A stretch of DNA of 63,999 bases, filler included, from Candidatus Woesearchaeota archaeon (GTDB lineage Archaea; Nanobdellota; Nanobdellia; Woesearchaeales; B72-G16), in assembly GCA_003650545.1 (NCBI GenBank). It is 3 parts of 3 records of this genome, joined end to end, with 100 filler letters (N's around TTAATTAATTAA, not from the genome) between each part and the next. Parts side by side here need not be neighbours in the genome. Positions count along the whole stretch, not along the records: positions 30,955 to 61,212 come from QMQO01000016.1; 2 more parts are not named here. One strand, 5' to 3'. Below the pieces are notes generated by a model. The model was given only the letters and a program-made list of their open reading frames with translations. It did no database searches and was not told the DNA's origin. A program made the position numbers and the translations under genes. How positions within the stretch are numbered: position 1 is the first letter of the stretch; every line of letters starts with the position of its first letter. Shown piece after piece: positions 49,681 through 60,212 of the stretch.

Positions 49681-51600
49681 TCACTTCATCTTCAAATAAA
49701 CACCAGCAGCATGCTTCTCGTATTCGCTGATAGCTTTCTCTGCCTTGGCCTTCTTGCCTGCCTTTGTCCTGCCATCCATCTTCTTAGTATTTTCTTTCTT
49801 TATCTCTTTTTGTGCTTTCTTTAACTGTTCCTTTTCTTTTTTTGTGACCTTCTTCATTCTTCTTATCCTGATGGCGCGCCTGATCATTAATTTCCCTAGG
49901 TAGTTAGCACGAATAAGTTTATGCGCTATTATTACCAAAATCAAGGAAACTGTTGCATATATTACTAACAGTAAAACGTCATTTAACATGTTCTTTAATG
50001 GTGTTGGAGGTATGAAAATGATAGATTTCTTTAATAGCTCACTACCAATTATAAACGGGTTGTAAGATTTAACAAAATTGTATAAATACAAAGGCATAGA
50101 CTCAATTGGAATTAATAGGTCTGACAATAAGAATAACAAACTGCCAACAGATATTGCTGCTAGCACAGAGGTTTCCTCTGATTTAAACAAGTAACCAATA
50201 AGCATTCCTAGAAAGATAAACAAAGATGTAGTAACGAATAAAATAAGACAGATGTTTATCCAATTATTCAGAAAATTAAGCTTGAATACTGTAACAGAAA
50301 CGCCTAAAATTATGGCTAGTTGCAAAGCTATGATTATAAGGCTAGTTAAATAAGTTGCTATTATAAAAGTTATGTCGCGAGTTGGAACAATGTAGTTTCG
50401 GAAATGTGCTGGTGATTTCTTTTCTATCATCACCAATGTTGTTGCTAATAGGATTCCTATGAACATAACAACAAGTATTATTATAGAGGGCATCTTCTTT
50501 TTTAGATAGGTCTCCTTAGCGGCAATCTGATTTACTTTTGTGGTGAACGGACTAACAATAACATCTGCTCTGGTAATTTTTATTTGACCTATAGACTCTT
50601 TTAAGTTGGTTAATTTTTTCTGAATGTCTGATATCTTGTTGTTTATTGAGCTAATGCTATCAATTGTCTTGTTTAAACTGGATATTGCTTCTGTTCTTGT
50701 ATTTTCAATGTTATTAAATTGCGATTGCACAACATTTAATCCTGTATTTAGGTTATTAACCAGCCGAGAGAGAGAACTTCCATTATTGTTAGAGAGTTCT
50801 GTCTGAAGAACTAGAACTACTGTTCTCGTGTCATTTAGATCGTCTAATAAGGCTTGCTCTTCTGATGCATTAAGACAGAAATCATCAACATCATCTTCAA
50901 GTTGCTCTATCATATCTAAAGTGTCTTCAACGACACTGTCAGCAGCTTTTGTCAAGGATTGAGATTTCTCTTTTATCTGTGAAAGGTTGTATGCGTTTGG
51001 ATCAAATTCTGTGTTGATTGATTTTAGATTTGTAATTACCTTTCCTAGGTCTACTTTAAGTTGGTTATTTGACTCTATTAAGGATGATAACTGTGCGTTT
51101 TGTGCATCTATTGTAGATTTTGTTTCTTCTAGCTTTGATAATAGTATATTTGTTAAGGATATACTTTGTTGACTTGACTTATTCATAATTGTCTTAGATA
51201 TAAGATTACCAATGGTATCAACTAAAATTAAATTAGAAGAGTCTACATGATAGATTAGCTCAACTTTTCTCTCGTTGCTTACTTCTAATGTTGCAGGTAA
51301 TTCCACACAAGCATGTATATCATTGTCGCGGATTTTCTCAATACAATCTTCTATATCTGTAAATTTAACTATATTTACATTTTCTGCTCTAAATGCCTCT
51401 AAGAATTCTTCTGTTTGGTTTGAGTATGACTCTGAATAAATTCCAATCTTAATGCTAAATGGATTGGCATTGTTAAAAGCGAGGCCCATAAGAAAGATGA
51501 TTAATAACGGCCCAAAAATAACTATTAGAGCAGATGTTTTTGAACGTAATAAAATCTTAAAGTTCTTTTTTATTATTTTAAACAGATTAATCATTTTCAA
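49681..51600 (-). CDS. ABC-2 type transporter permease with large extracellular coiled coil
   Basis: N-terminal TM, long helical loop, C-terminal TM bundle with LLIPIESMP. Confidence 0.88.
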   Translation of the reverse strand: MKMINLFKIIKKNFKILLRSKTSALIVIFGPLLIIFLMGLAFNNANPFSIKIGIYSESYSNQTEEFLEAFRAENVNIVKFTDIEDCIEKIRDNDIHACVELPATLEVSNERKVELIYHVDSSNLILVDTIGNLISKTIMNKSSQQSISLTNILLSKLEETKSTIDAQNAQLSSLIESNNQLKVDLGKVITNLKSINTEFDPNAYNLSQIKEKSQSLTKAADSVVEDTLDMIEQLEDDVDDFCLNASEEQALLDDLNDTRTVVLVLQTELSNNNGSSLSRLVNNLNTGLNVVQSQFNNIENTRTEAISSLNKTIDSISSINNKISDIQKKLTNLKESIGQIKITRADVIVSPFTTKVNQIAAKETYLKKKMPSIIILVVMFIGILLATTLVMIEKKSPAHFRNYIVPTRDITFIIATYLTSLIIIALQLAIILGVSVTVFKLNFLNNWINICLILFVTTSLFIFLGMLIGYLFKSEETSVLAAISVGSLLFLLSDLLIPIESMPLYLYNFVKSYNPFIIGSELLKKSIIFIPPTPLKNMLNDVLLLVIYATVSLILVIIAHKLIRANYLGKLMIRRAIRIRRMKKVTKKEKEQLKKAQKEIKKENTKKMDGRTKAGKKAKAEKAISEYEKHAAGVYLKMK

Positions 51601-52564
51601 CTAAGGACTCGAATATTTCATTTAAGCTTGGCTTGTTAACTCTAACATCTAATAATTTTTCGTTCATTTGCTCCATTATGTGTAAGATTCTATGAAGTGC
51701 TTGTTCTGACTTTGGTGTGTATATGATGATTTTATGACCTTTATCAATCACTTTATCAATTTTAACATCAGACGATTTCTTTAATTTCTCTATTATTTTT
51801 TTATAACGACCAGGGGCTGTTTCTAAATTAATCTCTTCATTTTTAGAATAAAGGTATTTCAGCTCATTTGGCGAACCGACCTCTAAAATTTTTCCGTTAT
51901 GTAAGATAGCAATTTTAGTGCAAAGGCCTTCTAATTCTGACAAGAAATGAGACGAGAGTAATATGGTTGTGCCTCGCTCGTTTATCTGTCTTATTAGCTC
52001 CCACATCTGCTTCCTTAGTATAGGATCCAAATCTGCAGTAGGTTCGTCTAGAATTAAAACTTGGGGTGAATGTACTAGAGCACAAGCTATGTCTAAGCGT
52101 TTTTGCATTCCTCCTGAGAGGGATCTTGCGATAGTCTTCTTTGCATCTTCTAAGCCTGTTAGTTTTAGTAATTTTTCTATGTTACTATTAAGGATTTTTT
52201 TACTCATACCATAAAGGCTACCAAAATGTCTAAGGTTCTCTATTATTGTTAGTTGTAAATAAAAACTTGGATCCTGAGAAGCAAAGCCAAAGACGGTCTC
52301 TACTTCATGTTTGTTTTTGTGAACTAATTTTAAAGATTCTGTAGTATTATCTAAGGCACGTATCGGCCTATAAAAAACCTCGCCTTCATCTGGATCAAGA
52401 AAACCAATCATGGTGTTTAGGAGGGTAGTTTTGCCACTACCTGACATACCTATAACTCCAAATATATCTCCTTTTTCAACTTTAAAAGAGACACCATCTA
52501 GAACAATCTTTTGACCAAATTGTTTAACCAAGTTTTTTACTTCGAATACGGTTACCTTGGACAT
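51587..52564 (-). CDS. ABC transporter ATP-binding protein
   Basis: GMSGSGKTT, LSGGMQKR, LILDEPT, SSH. Confidence 0.96.
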   Translation of the reverse strand: MSKVTVFEVKNLVKQFGQKIVLDGVSFKVEKGDIFGVIGMSGSGKTTLLNTMIGFLDPDEGEVFYRPIRALDNTTESLKLVHKNKHEVETVFGFASQDPSFYLQLTIIENLRHFGSLYGMSKKILNSNIEKLLKLTGLEDAKKTIARSLSGGMQKRLDIACALVHSPQVLILDEPTADLDPILRKQMWELIRQINERGTTILLSSHFLSELEGLCTKIAILHNGKILEVGSPNELKYLYSKNEEINLETAPGRYKKIIEKLKKSSDVKIDKVIDKGHKIIIYTPKSEQALHRILHIMEQMNEKLLDVRVNKPSLNEIFESLVEND

Positions 52565-52614
52565 CAGTTTACCTCTTTTTTATGTTCTTATGGCTAAGAT
52601 ATTTATATACTTTA

Positions 52615-55600
52615 CTATTGTTTTTCTGCAACAGACACTGCTTTTCTTATCTCATCAAGAGCGTCGATATTAACAGAGATAGAATCTATTCCTTGCTTTA
52701 CCAAGAAACGGGCCATTTCAGGGCGAGAGCCAGCTTGGCCACAAATAGAGGTTTGAACACCGTGCTTCTTGCATGTTTTGATAACTAGAGCTATCTCGCT
52801 TAGGATAGCTGGATGGAGCTCATTGAATAGTTTTTGGATGCGTTCATTGTTCCTGTCTACTCCTAGAGTTAACTGAGTTAGATCATTTGTGCCAAAAGAA
52901 ATAAAGCTTATACCTTCATTGCAGATATCTTCAATTATCCAGCACGAAGCTGGAGTTTCTATCATGACACCAAAATCGACATCTTTAATAGGCTCTAAAC
53001 CACAAGAACGCATTATGGCCTTTGCTTTCTTGAGTTCTTCTGTTGTAATAAGAAATGGTATCATCACGCCAACATTTTTAAGGCCTACATCATGCAGCCG
53101 TTTTATTGCAGTGAACTCTGCCTTTAGAATTTCTGGTTGATCTAATGCGCGCCTAATAGCATGCCAGCCAATCATCGGGTCAGTTTCTTTGGGTTCATTT
53201 TCAGCGCCTTTAAGGTTACGATACTCGTCTGTACGCATATCACTAGTTCTTACCCAGACTGGTTTATCCTTAAATGCACGGGCTATTTTTCCTATTCCAT
53301 CTACTAGCATCTGGATGTAGGGTTCAAAGTTACCGTCTTTAAGATAGTAAGCGGGGTGAACGCCTGATTGGGCAATCATTATTTCTAAACGCACTAGGCC
53401 AACACCATCTGCTCCTGTAGCAGCAGCGCGTTCTGCAAATTTTGGAAGGTCCATTATTAACTTAATTTTTGTTTTTGTTCTTGATGGTTCTGCTTCTTTA
53501 ATCTCAACTTTTTTTTCTTCGATTACCTTTCCTTTGTAGATTTTTCCATGGGTTGCATCAACTGTTACTATTTCGCCCTCTTTTAACAGCTTGGTGGCTT
53601 TTACTGTGCCAACAATACACGGAGTGCCCATCTCTCTAGAAACTATTGCTGCATGGCAGTTAGCTACCCATACAGGAGTTAAATTTCTAGTAAAGACTAC
53701 AAAATTATGATTATCCTCAACTGTTAAATTATAAACTTCTGTTTCAGGCAGAGAATCTACTTGGCTTACCCTTTTCATTCTAAGAGGAGAACTAGCTATT
53801 TGACGTAATTTTACACCATCTTTGTATTTAGCTAATTTGCTGATACGCTCAAGGATTTTATTATTAATTAACAAATTATTATCCACATATGGTCTTATTT
53901 TGCCTTTCACATTTACGTCATTTATTATATCAGAGAGTAATTGCTTCGCTGAAAACAACTTGACACCAATAGCCTTAGTCTTATTAGTTGGCTTAAATCG
54001 CTGACTGTGTTTTAACACTTTTTCTATTTTCTCTGTTATTTGGATATTTTTACATTTTAGTCTATTATCATTTATCACAGGCTGTATACCTAACCGTAAA
54101 CACCCTAAAACTATGGCTTGAATCAAAATTTCGTCTGAGGTATAAATATGAACTCTATTTCCGTGTTTTTTGTGAAAACTGCCGTCTCCGTCTATTACTC
54201 CTGATAAAAATGCACAAATATTCTCTTCATCAGTCTCCATTATCCAAGGTATTAAATTTTCATACTTTTCTAATAGAATCTGTGAAGGTGATTTCAAAGA
54301 ATAGGTGTAAGCGTTCGCAGCATTTGCAATGCTAGTAAATCTATGTCCCCTTATGATAGAAGTATTATTTCTAGTCCGAACTTTTAAATCATAATTGAAC
54401 AAATCCTTAAAATTTTTAACTACTTGGTTTATAAATTTTCTTTTTTGCTCTGTATTTTTCTGGACAAAAGCAATTCTACCACGACGTCTATTTAACTGAA
54501 TATGGCCATCTGTATAGATCGCTCCAATCAAATATGATAGTTTATTTTCTTTTTCATTTGATTTAACGATATCAGGTATTTTGTCGATAGTAGAGATAGC
54601 TAAATTTTTATCTAAAACTTCATTAATTGGCTTTTTACATAACATTCTATTTTCGAATAACATCATCTTATGATCCTGGGTTAAATCTAGGGTATTTGTA
54701 GAACTCCTACCTGTTTGGGACACTGAAATTCTTATGATTTGGGCTATGCGTTTATGTGAAGCAATAACATCTTTCCATTCTGGTTTTAAATGATTGTTGA
54801 GGGTAAGAACTTTAACCTCTTCATCTTTCTGTAGTGATTTGTAAATTTGGCTTATCTCTTTAATACCATTGGATGTTAGTACTTTTGTATAAGATGGAAA
54901 ACACGTTGCTCCTCCCTCATCAGTTATTATTGCAGCTGCTTTTTCCATTGCAGGAACCATGTCAGGCGTTGTCATCCTTGTAACCATTACATCACCTGGT
55001 TGAATCTTGCTCAATTCGCTAAGAGAATAGATGATTTTAATAGGACCTGTTGCTAGACCGCGGGATGCCACTTGACCTGTTAGAATAACTTCGCCCTTTA
55101 GCTCTTCCACTGCTTTTACTTCTTTTTTCAATGTTGTAACGGCCCTTGATTGTACGATATAGATGTTTCCCTTTTCAATTGCCCATTCAATATCCTGAGC
55201 CTTGTTATAGTGTTCTTCGATCTTGCAAGCGTATCTTGCAAGCTCTTTGATCTGTTTATTGTTGATCACTTGGCTGCTTTTGTCAGGATCTGTTATAGGA
55301 CGTTTCTCTGTCTTACCTGTTTCTGGATTACGAAAAAAACCCCATTCTTGTTCTCTTACTGTTATGTTTGTTATCTCATTTGTTTCTTTATTGACTTCGT
55401 AATGATCTGGGTTGACTGCACCAGAGACTATCGCTTCTCCTAGTCCATAAACTGCTTCCACAATGACTGTATTCGGATCGTTTGTAGCAGGATTCACAGA
55501 GAACATCACTCCTGACATATCGCTGTCTACCATTTTTTGAATAACAACGGCTATATAGACCTTAGAATGATCGAACTTATTTCTGACGCGATAATAGATA

Positions 55601-57684
55601 GCTCTTGCTGTAAATAAGGATGCCCAGCATGCTGAGACAGCCCTTATGAGTTGTTCCCTGCCGCGAACATTTAGAAATGTTGCTTGCTGGCCTGCAAAGC
55701 TTGCAGAATTGTGAGTAACTATACCTCCAACGCCTGCTGCAAAATTTTGAGATTCAGGTACAACAAAATCATATACCCACCCATCATAGTTTATTGGTTC
55801 TATTTTTTTTATTTTATCCCAAGTAACTGAGTCGTTAAAAATATCTAAATTTTTTGTCCCATATTTATTTAAAACAGATATAAGTTTATCTACACTATAG
55901 GTCTTACTTGCTACTAAACCTTTATTCCAGGGTGTTGATCCTTTTGTAAACTTTCCTTTCTCATCGTAATTAACATAATACAGTTTTCTTGATTTTTTAA
56001 CCTGATCTGAATAAAAAGCCTTTTTGCACTTGTGGCAGTAGTACCTCTCTCTTTCCCTATATCTGCTTGTTTGGTTTATCTTCATGTTACATGATGGGCA
56101 CAAGATAACTTCAACTTCTGTTTTAGGAAGATTCAACTCTATATCCTTTCTTATTTTTTTTGCTAATAGCTTTGATATCTTCCAAGAATTTTTAAATCTT
56201 GGATGTGTGTTCATTTCCTTATATTTATTAATCAACTTCTGGAGCCTCATAAGCTTAGATTTATTATTAAATCCAATTAATATTCCGAATTTCTTTGCTT
56301 GACTTAAAGGTATAACAATGTTGGTTTTGTTTTTAGCTAGGTAGAATTCTATGCCTAAAATCTCTAATAGTTTTACAATTCCTCCTATCAACATCTCTGA
56401 AGTAGAACAATATTCAATAGTCTGTTTAGAAACATAACCATCTCCGTCAAAGCATCCTCTTAAGAATTGCCCTATCAAATCTTTACTCCAACCGAAAATG
56501 AAGTTTGGCACTTCTTTTACTTTGCAAATCTTGCCTTTGCCTGTTATTTTATTATTGGGTTTACCTGCGATTTTATGTAAGAACCGTACAAAAGATTTGC
56601 AGTATATTCTTAATGTCCCCCTGTTTATATTTTGGGATTTATACAAGTTTAGACTAGCAAAAAATTCTATTATTCTTTGCATAACCTCTTTGCTGCTATT
56701 GGTTATTGTGATACAGTTATCTTTATATGTAGAACCTTCTGCAGCGTACACACCTAAGAAGTAAGCAAAACCAGAATCAACTGTTAATTCTGGAATAAGG
56801 CCATTTTGGATCTTCCAGTTGTTGTTTGGATTCTTTATTTTGATTAATCCGTCATCAAGAACTACATCATTTTCTGTTAAATAGTCTAGAAATGATAGTT
56901 TTTTTTGCTTTAATGATGATGGTAGAGGTAGCTTATTTACTACTGGGACTCTTTCGTTGCCTTTTAGCTCATTAACGGACGCAACTTCTCTCTGTTCAAG
57001 AGAAGTTTCGTCCAATACTATTAGTGTGTGATTAGGAGAAATCGTTATTTCTCTTCCAGTTTCGGTGATTAGTTTATACAGCTTGGTTTTGTTAGCTTTA
57101 TGTCTATAAATTTCCTTTACTTTGCTCCATTTGATTTTATTGTTACATAACGAAGGAATTAGTATGTTGTAATCATTTCCTTTACCTACTAAGTTATAAA
57201 CTTCTTTCATTTTTTTATATATTATATTGTTATCTATTTGCACTAATACATGTTCATCTTCAGATATACTGGGCAGATCCTCGGCTGTTGCTGATGATCT
57301 AACAGCTACAAACTCTTCCTTTTTGTTATCTAGCATCTCTTGCGGGTGTACATTATTGCCTAAAGAAAGGGCTTCATAGGCTTCTATTATTTCTGCCTTA
57401 AGCTCAGGGAGCATCTCTGTGTTTATGATTAAATCCTGGATCTCTTTGGCAATCTCCTGTAGTTTTGCTGTGTTTTGTGTATCAAGATTTTTTAATCTGT
57501 TTAGAATCTCATCCTTGATGTTTGTTTTTTCTATAAACTCTTTATAAGCTGAAGCTGTTACAACAAAGCCTGGGGGAATTGGTAAGCCAGCATTATACAT
57601 CTCGCCCAGGTTGGCGCCTTTTCCGCCAACTAAAGAGATGCTATCTTTAGAAAGTTCCTTAAACCATGCGATGTATTTCAACAA
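52615..57684 (-). CDS. ppsA: Phosphoenolpyruvate synthase with two inteins
   Basis: VGGKGANLGE, AVRSSATAEDLP/SASFAGQQ, GGAT/CHAAIVSRE, FGTNDLTQ, SICGQ; extein 753 aa. Confidence 0.95.
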   Translation of the reverse strand: MLKYIAWFKELSKDSISLVGGKGANLGEMYNAGLPIPPGFVVTASAYKEFIEKTNIKDEILNRLKNLDTQNTAKLQEIAKEIQDLIINTEMLPELKAEIIEAYEALSLGNNVHPQEMLDNKKEEFVAVRSSATAEDLPSISEDEHVLVQIDNNIIYKKMKEVYNLVGKGNDYNILIPSLCNNKIKWSKVKEIYRHKANKTKLYKLITETGREITISPNHTLIVLDETSLEQREVASVNELKGNERVPVVNKLPLPSSLKQKKLSFLDYLTENDVVLDDGLIKIKNPNNNWKIQNGLIPELTVDSGFAYFLGVYAAEGSTYKDNCITITNSSKEVMQRIIEFFASLNLYKSQNINRGTLRIYCKSFVRFLHKIAGKPNNKITGKGKICKVKEVPNFIFGWSKDLIGQFLRGCFDGDGYVSKQTIEYCSTSEMLIGGIVKLLEILGIEFYLAKNKTNIVIPLSQAKKFGILIGFNNKSKLMRLQKLINKYKEMNTHPRFKNSWKISKLLAKKIRKDIELNLPKTEVEVILCPSCNMKINQTSRYRERERYYCHKCKKAFYSDQVKKSRKLYYVNYDEKGKFTKGSTPWNKGLVASKTYSVDKLISVLNKYGTKNLDIFNDSVTWDKIKKIEPINYDGWVYDFVVPESQNFAAGVGGIVTHNSASFAGQQATFLNVRGREQLIRAVSACWASLFTARAIYYRVRNKFDHSKVYIAVVIQKMVDSDMSGVMFSVNPATNDPNTVIVEAVYGLGEAIVSGAVNPDHYEVNKETNEITNITVREQEWGFFRNPETGKTEKRPITDPDKSSQVINNKQIKELARYACKIEEHYNKAQDIEWAIEKGNIYIVQSRAVTTLKKEVKAVEELKGEVILTGQVASRGLATGPIKIIYSLSELSKIQPGDVMVTRMTTPDMVPAMEKAAAIITDEGGATCFPSYTKVLTSNGIKEISQIYKSLQKDEEVKVLTLNNHLKPEWKDVIASHKRIAQIIRISVSQTGRSSTNTLDLTQDHKMMLFENRMLCKKPINEVLDKNLAISTIDKIPDIVKSNEKENKLSYLIGAIYTDGHIQLNRRRGRIAFVQKNTEQKRKFINQVVKNFKDLFNYDLKVRTRNNTSIIRGHRFTSIANAANAYTYSLKSPSQILLEKYENLIPWIMETDEENICAFLSGVIDGDGSFHKKHGNRVHIYTSDEILIQAIVLGCLRLGIQPVINDNRLKCKNIQITEKIEKVLKHSQRFKPTNKTKAIGVKLFSAKQLLSDIINDVNVKGKIRPYVDNNLLINNKILERISKLAKYKDGVKLRQIASSPLRMKRVSQVDSLPETEVYNLTVEDNHNFVVFTRNLTPVWVANCHAAIVSREMGTPCIVGTVKATKLLKEGEIVTVDATHGKIYKGKVIEEKKVEIKEAEPSRTKTKIKLIMDLPKFAERAAATGADGVGLVRLEIMIAQSGVHPAYYLKDGNFEPYIQMLVDGIGKIARAFKDKPVWVRTSDMRTDEYRNLKGAENEPKETDPMIGWHAIRRALDQPEILKAEFTAIKRLHDVGLKNVGVMIPFLITTEELKKAKAIMRSCGLEPIKDVDFGVMIETPASCWIIEDICNEGISFISFGTNDLTQLTLGVDRNNERIQKLFNELHPAILSEIALVIKTCKKHGVQTSICGQAGSRPEMARFLVKQGIDSISVNIDALDEIRKAVSVAEKQ
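53659..54903 (-). mobile_element. Intein 2 of ppsA (415 aa, LAGLIDADG)
   Basis: Starts CFPSYT, TQDH, IGAIYTDG and LSGVIDGDGS, ends WVAN before Cys-His of the phospho-His loop. Confidence 0.92.
55708..57270 (-). mobile_element. Intein 1 of ppsA (521 aa, Ser1, LAGLIDADG, Zn-ribbon insert)
   Basis: Starts SISEDE, SPNH block B, LGVYAAEGS and LRGCFDGDG, CPSC..CHKC, ends VTHN before Ser. Confidence 0.9.
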
Positions 57685-57777
57685 ATCACCTCTTTGCTAA
57701 GAATAATTAACTATTATTTATAAAATTTTGTGAAAAGGAAATGAAAATTTTATAAAGATAGAAAGAATCTAAATTGT

Positions 57778-58410
57778 ATGAAACAAAAACTAATTGAACG
57801 TTGGGAAGCAGAAGGTATTGTACATAATAAAGAGATAATAAAAGCTTTTAAAAAGATAAAAAGGGAGCAATTTATTCCAAAAGAAATGAAAGATCAAGCT
57901 TATGGTGACTATCCATTACCAATTGGATGTGAACAGACAATATCACAGCCAAGCACAATTGTTTTTATGCTAGAATTGCTTGATCTTAAACCAGGACAAA
58001 AGGTGTTAGAGATTGGCTCTGGTTCTGGTTATAATTCCGCTTTGATAGCACAAATAGTTGGTAACGAAGGGGAAGTTATAACAGTGGATGTGCATGTTGA
58101 CCTTGTTGAAAAAGCAAAGAAAAACCTGAAGAAAGCAAATATTAGAAACGTCAAGGTTGTGTTGGCAGATGGGAGTCTGGGCTATAAAGAAGAAGCTCCA
58201 TATGACAGAATAATTGCAACGTGTGCTTGCCCAGATATACCTAAACCGTGGGAAAAGCAGCTTAGAGTGTCTGGTATTATTGTTGCTCCAGTTGGCAACT
58301 ATAATACACAGGAGATGGTTAGACTTAAAAAAACAAGGAGCAAGTTACAGATAGAAACTTATGGCTATTTTCGGTTTGTTCCTTTAAAGGGAAAGTATGG
58401 ATTTAGATAA
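57778..58410 (+). CDS. pcm: Protein-L-isoaspartate O-methyltransferase
   Basis: AYGDYPLPIG..QTISQP, VLEIGSGSGY, APYDRII, FVPL. Confidence 0.95.
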   Translation: MKQKLIERWEAEGIVHNKEIIKAFKKIKREQFIPKEMKDQAYGDYPLPIGCEQTISQPSTIVFMLELLDLKPGQKVLEIGSGSGYNSALIAQIVGNEGEVITVDVHVDLVEKAKKNLKKANIRNVKVVLADGSLGYKEEAPYDRIIATCACPDIPKPWEKQLRVSGIIVAPVGNYNTQEMVRLKKTRSKLQIETYGYFRFVPLKGKYGFR

Positions 58411-58555
58411 AAAAGAGCCAGATAACACCTGCTATTATTATAAACAATATTGCTAGAATCGTAAATTTCTCAAAAAAATAATTTTGTGTTTTTTTAGGTT
58501 TTTTAGGCAGTTGTTTCTTTAATTCTTCAATATAACGTCTATCATAATTAATCAT
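58403..58555 (-). CDS. 50-aa tail-anchored membrane microprotein
   Basis: MINYDRRYIEELKKQLPKKPKKTQNYFFEKFTILAILFIIIAGVIWLFFI; starts 10 bp after the PfkB stop. Confidence 0.55.
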   Translation of the reverse strand: MINYDRRYIEELKKQLPKKPKKTQNYFFEKFTILAILFIIIAGVIWLFFI

Positions 58556-58564
58556 TTTTGTGCC

Positions 58565-59533
58565 CTATAGTTTTTTTATGATTATTTTACAAGGGAGTTT
58601 ATTGATTATTTTTAAAGCTTTTTTCCAACTAAGAAGTTTCTCTTTTGCACCATAATGCTTTAGAATTGAAGAGGCGTTTGCTAAACCGAGCTTTAGTGCA
58701 AATGGGATATCTTTCCTTTTTATTACACCTGCAAAAAATCCAGAAGCAAATGCGTCTCCTGCTCCTGTTGTTTCGACAACATTTGACTCTTTTGTGATTT
58801 TTAGAACATACTTATTCTTTCCGTTATAACAACTAGCGCCTTTTTTTCCTTCTGTAATAACGACTAGTTCTGGGCCAAGATTTTTTAAGACTTTTAGCTG
58901 TTCTTCTATTCTATTCTTTTTTGTTAATAGCTTAGCCTCGTTGTAGTTTAAGATAAGGATTTTTGATTTTTTTACTACTGGAAGGATATTTTCTTTTTTA
59001 ATCATGTAGCTACTAGGGTTAAAACAAATAGGAATTTTTTTGGTTTCAGCAAAATTGGCAAGCTTTTTCATTGTTCTGAAAGATTGGCCATCCATTGAAG
59101 CGAAATAAAAATAACGAGTTTTAAGTTTGTTTTTTGGTATCTCTTTGTACTTTAATTTATCGCTAGAACCTTTAAAAAGAAGTATGGCGCGATCAGCATG
59201 TTCAGCATTCAAAATTATAGAGAATGCTGTTCTATCATTCTTATCACATTTCACTAAAGAATAAACACATTCCTTTTTTAGTTGATCAAGAATCAAGGTC
59301 GCATTATGTTTGCTTCCAAACTTGCCTATAAAAGCTGTTTTAAAACCAAGCCTTGCTAAAGAGACTGCTGTATTAGTGCCACCGCCACCTGTGTTGAAAA
59401 TTAATTTTTTAAGTAAAATCTTTGAACCTTCGGGATAACAGAACCTGTGCTTTTTTACGTATTTATTTTCTGTTGTTGCAAAGCAATCTATTGTTGCTGA
59501 CCCAACTGTTATTATATCAAACATTTTTGACAT
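58565..59533 (-). CDS. PfkB-family carbohydrate kinase
   Basis: GGGGTNTAVSLARLG, NP, NYNE, VETTGAGDAFASG. Confidence 0.94.
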   Translation of the reverse strand: MSKMFDIITVGSATIDCFATTENKYVKKHRFCYPEGSKILLKKLIFNTGGGGTNTAVSLARLGFKTAFIGKFGSKHNATLILDQLKKECVYSLVKCDKNDRTAFSIILNAEHADRAILLFKGSSDKLKYKEIPKNKLKTRYFYFASMDGQSFRTMKKLANFAETKKIPICFNPSSYMIKKENILPVVKKSKILILNYNEAKLLTKKNRIEEQLKVLKNLGPELVVITEGKKGASCYNGKNKYVLKITKESNVVETTGAGDAFASGFFAGVIKRKDIPFALKLGLANASSILKHYGAKEKLLSWKKALKIINKLPCKIIIKKL

Positions 59534-60212
59534 TTTTAAAATAATCTTCCTTGATAGAGATACTAATCTTGCTTGCTAATTTTCTTGCTATTTTTCCATG
59601 CTCTTTTTTGGGTGTTCTCTCAAACAAAGGGTGTTGCAGTATTATGCCGTACTTTGGCATTTTTGTTCCTGTTCTTAGATGTCTGAAAAAAGCTTTCTCA
59701 GCTCCTAGTACTTGGATTGTTGAAGCGGGCATCATTGCTAAATTCTTTATACAACCAGCAATAGCTATTAATCTTGCAGCTATGTTGCTTCCTACAACTG
59801 CAGTTGTTTTTGGAACTATTTTTGCAGCAAGCTTGTCGAGATAGTTCTGTTGTGATTCGCGAAGCTTATAAAGTTTGTTTATTTTTTCTGCTAGTGATTT
59901 TATTGCATTGATGTCCTCTGTTTCAAGATCTGCACCCATTGTTGTCCTGATTTTTGATTTTTTCATGAGATCTGATCTAGAGAAGGTTGAAACTTCTGCT
60001 ACAAAGGTTTCATTATCTTCTTTTAATTTAGAAAACTCGGGAAAATATAGTTCATACCACTCACGCAAACGTTTTAAAAGTATATTTATTGCTTTGTTGA
60101 TTTCATCTATAGAATGGATTGACTGAACTAATAATAAATCTTGTGTCACAGACTTTTTTATTTGCTTTTTTGTGATTTCAATATTTTTCTTAATTATATC
60201 TGCTTTTTTCAT
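59517..60212 (-). CDS. Nop5/Nop56 C/D box RNP protein, N-terminally short
   Basis: LREWYELYFPE, LAMMPASTIQVLGAEKAFFRHL, PKYGII.QHP, GKIARKLA. Confidence 0.9.
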   Translation of the reverse strand: MKKADIIKKNIEITKKQIKKSVTQDLLLVQSIHSIDEINKAINILLKRLREWYELYFPEFSKLKEDNETFVAEVSTFSRSDLMKKSKIRTTMGADLETEDINAIKSLAEKINKLYKLRESQQNYLDKLAAKIVPKTTAVVGSNIAARLIAIAGCIKNLAMMPASTIQVLGAEKAFFRHLRTGTKMPKYGIILQHPLFERTPKKEHGKIARKLASKISISIKEDYFKNVKNV

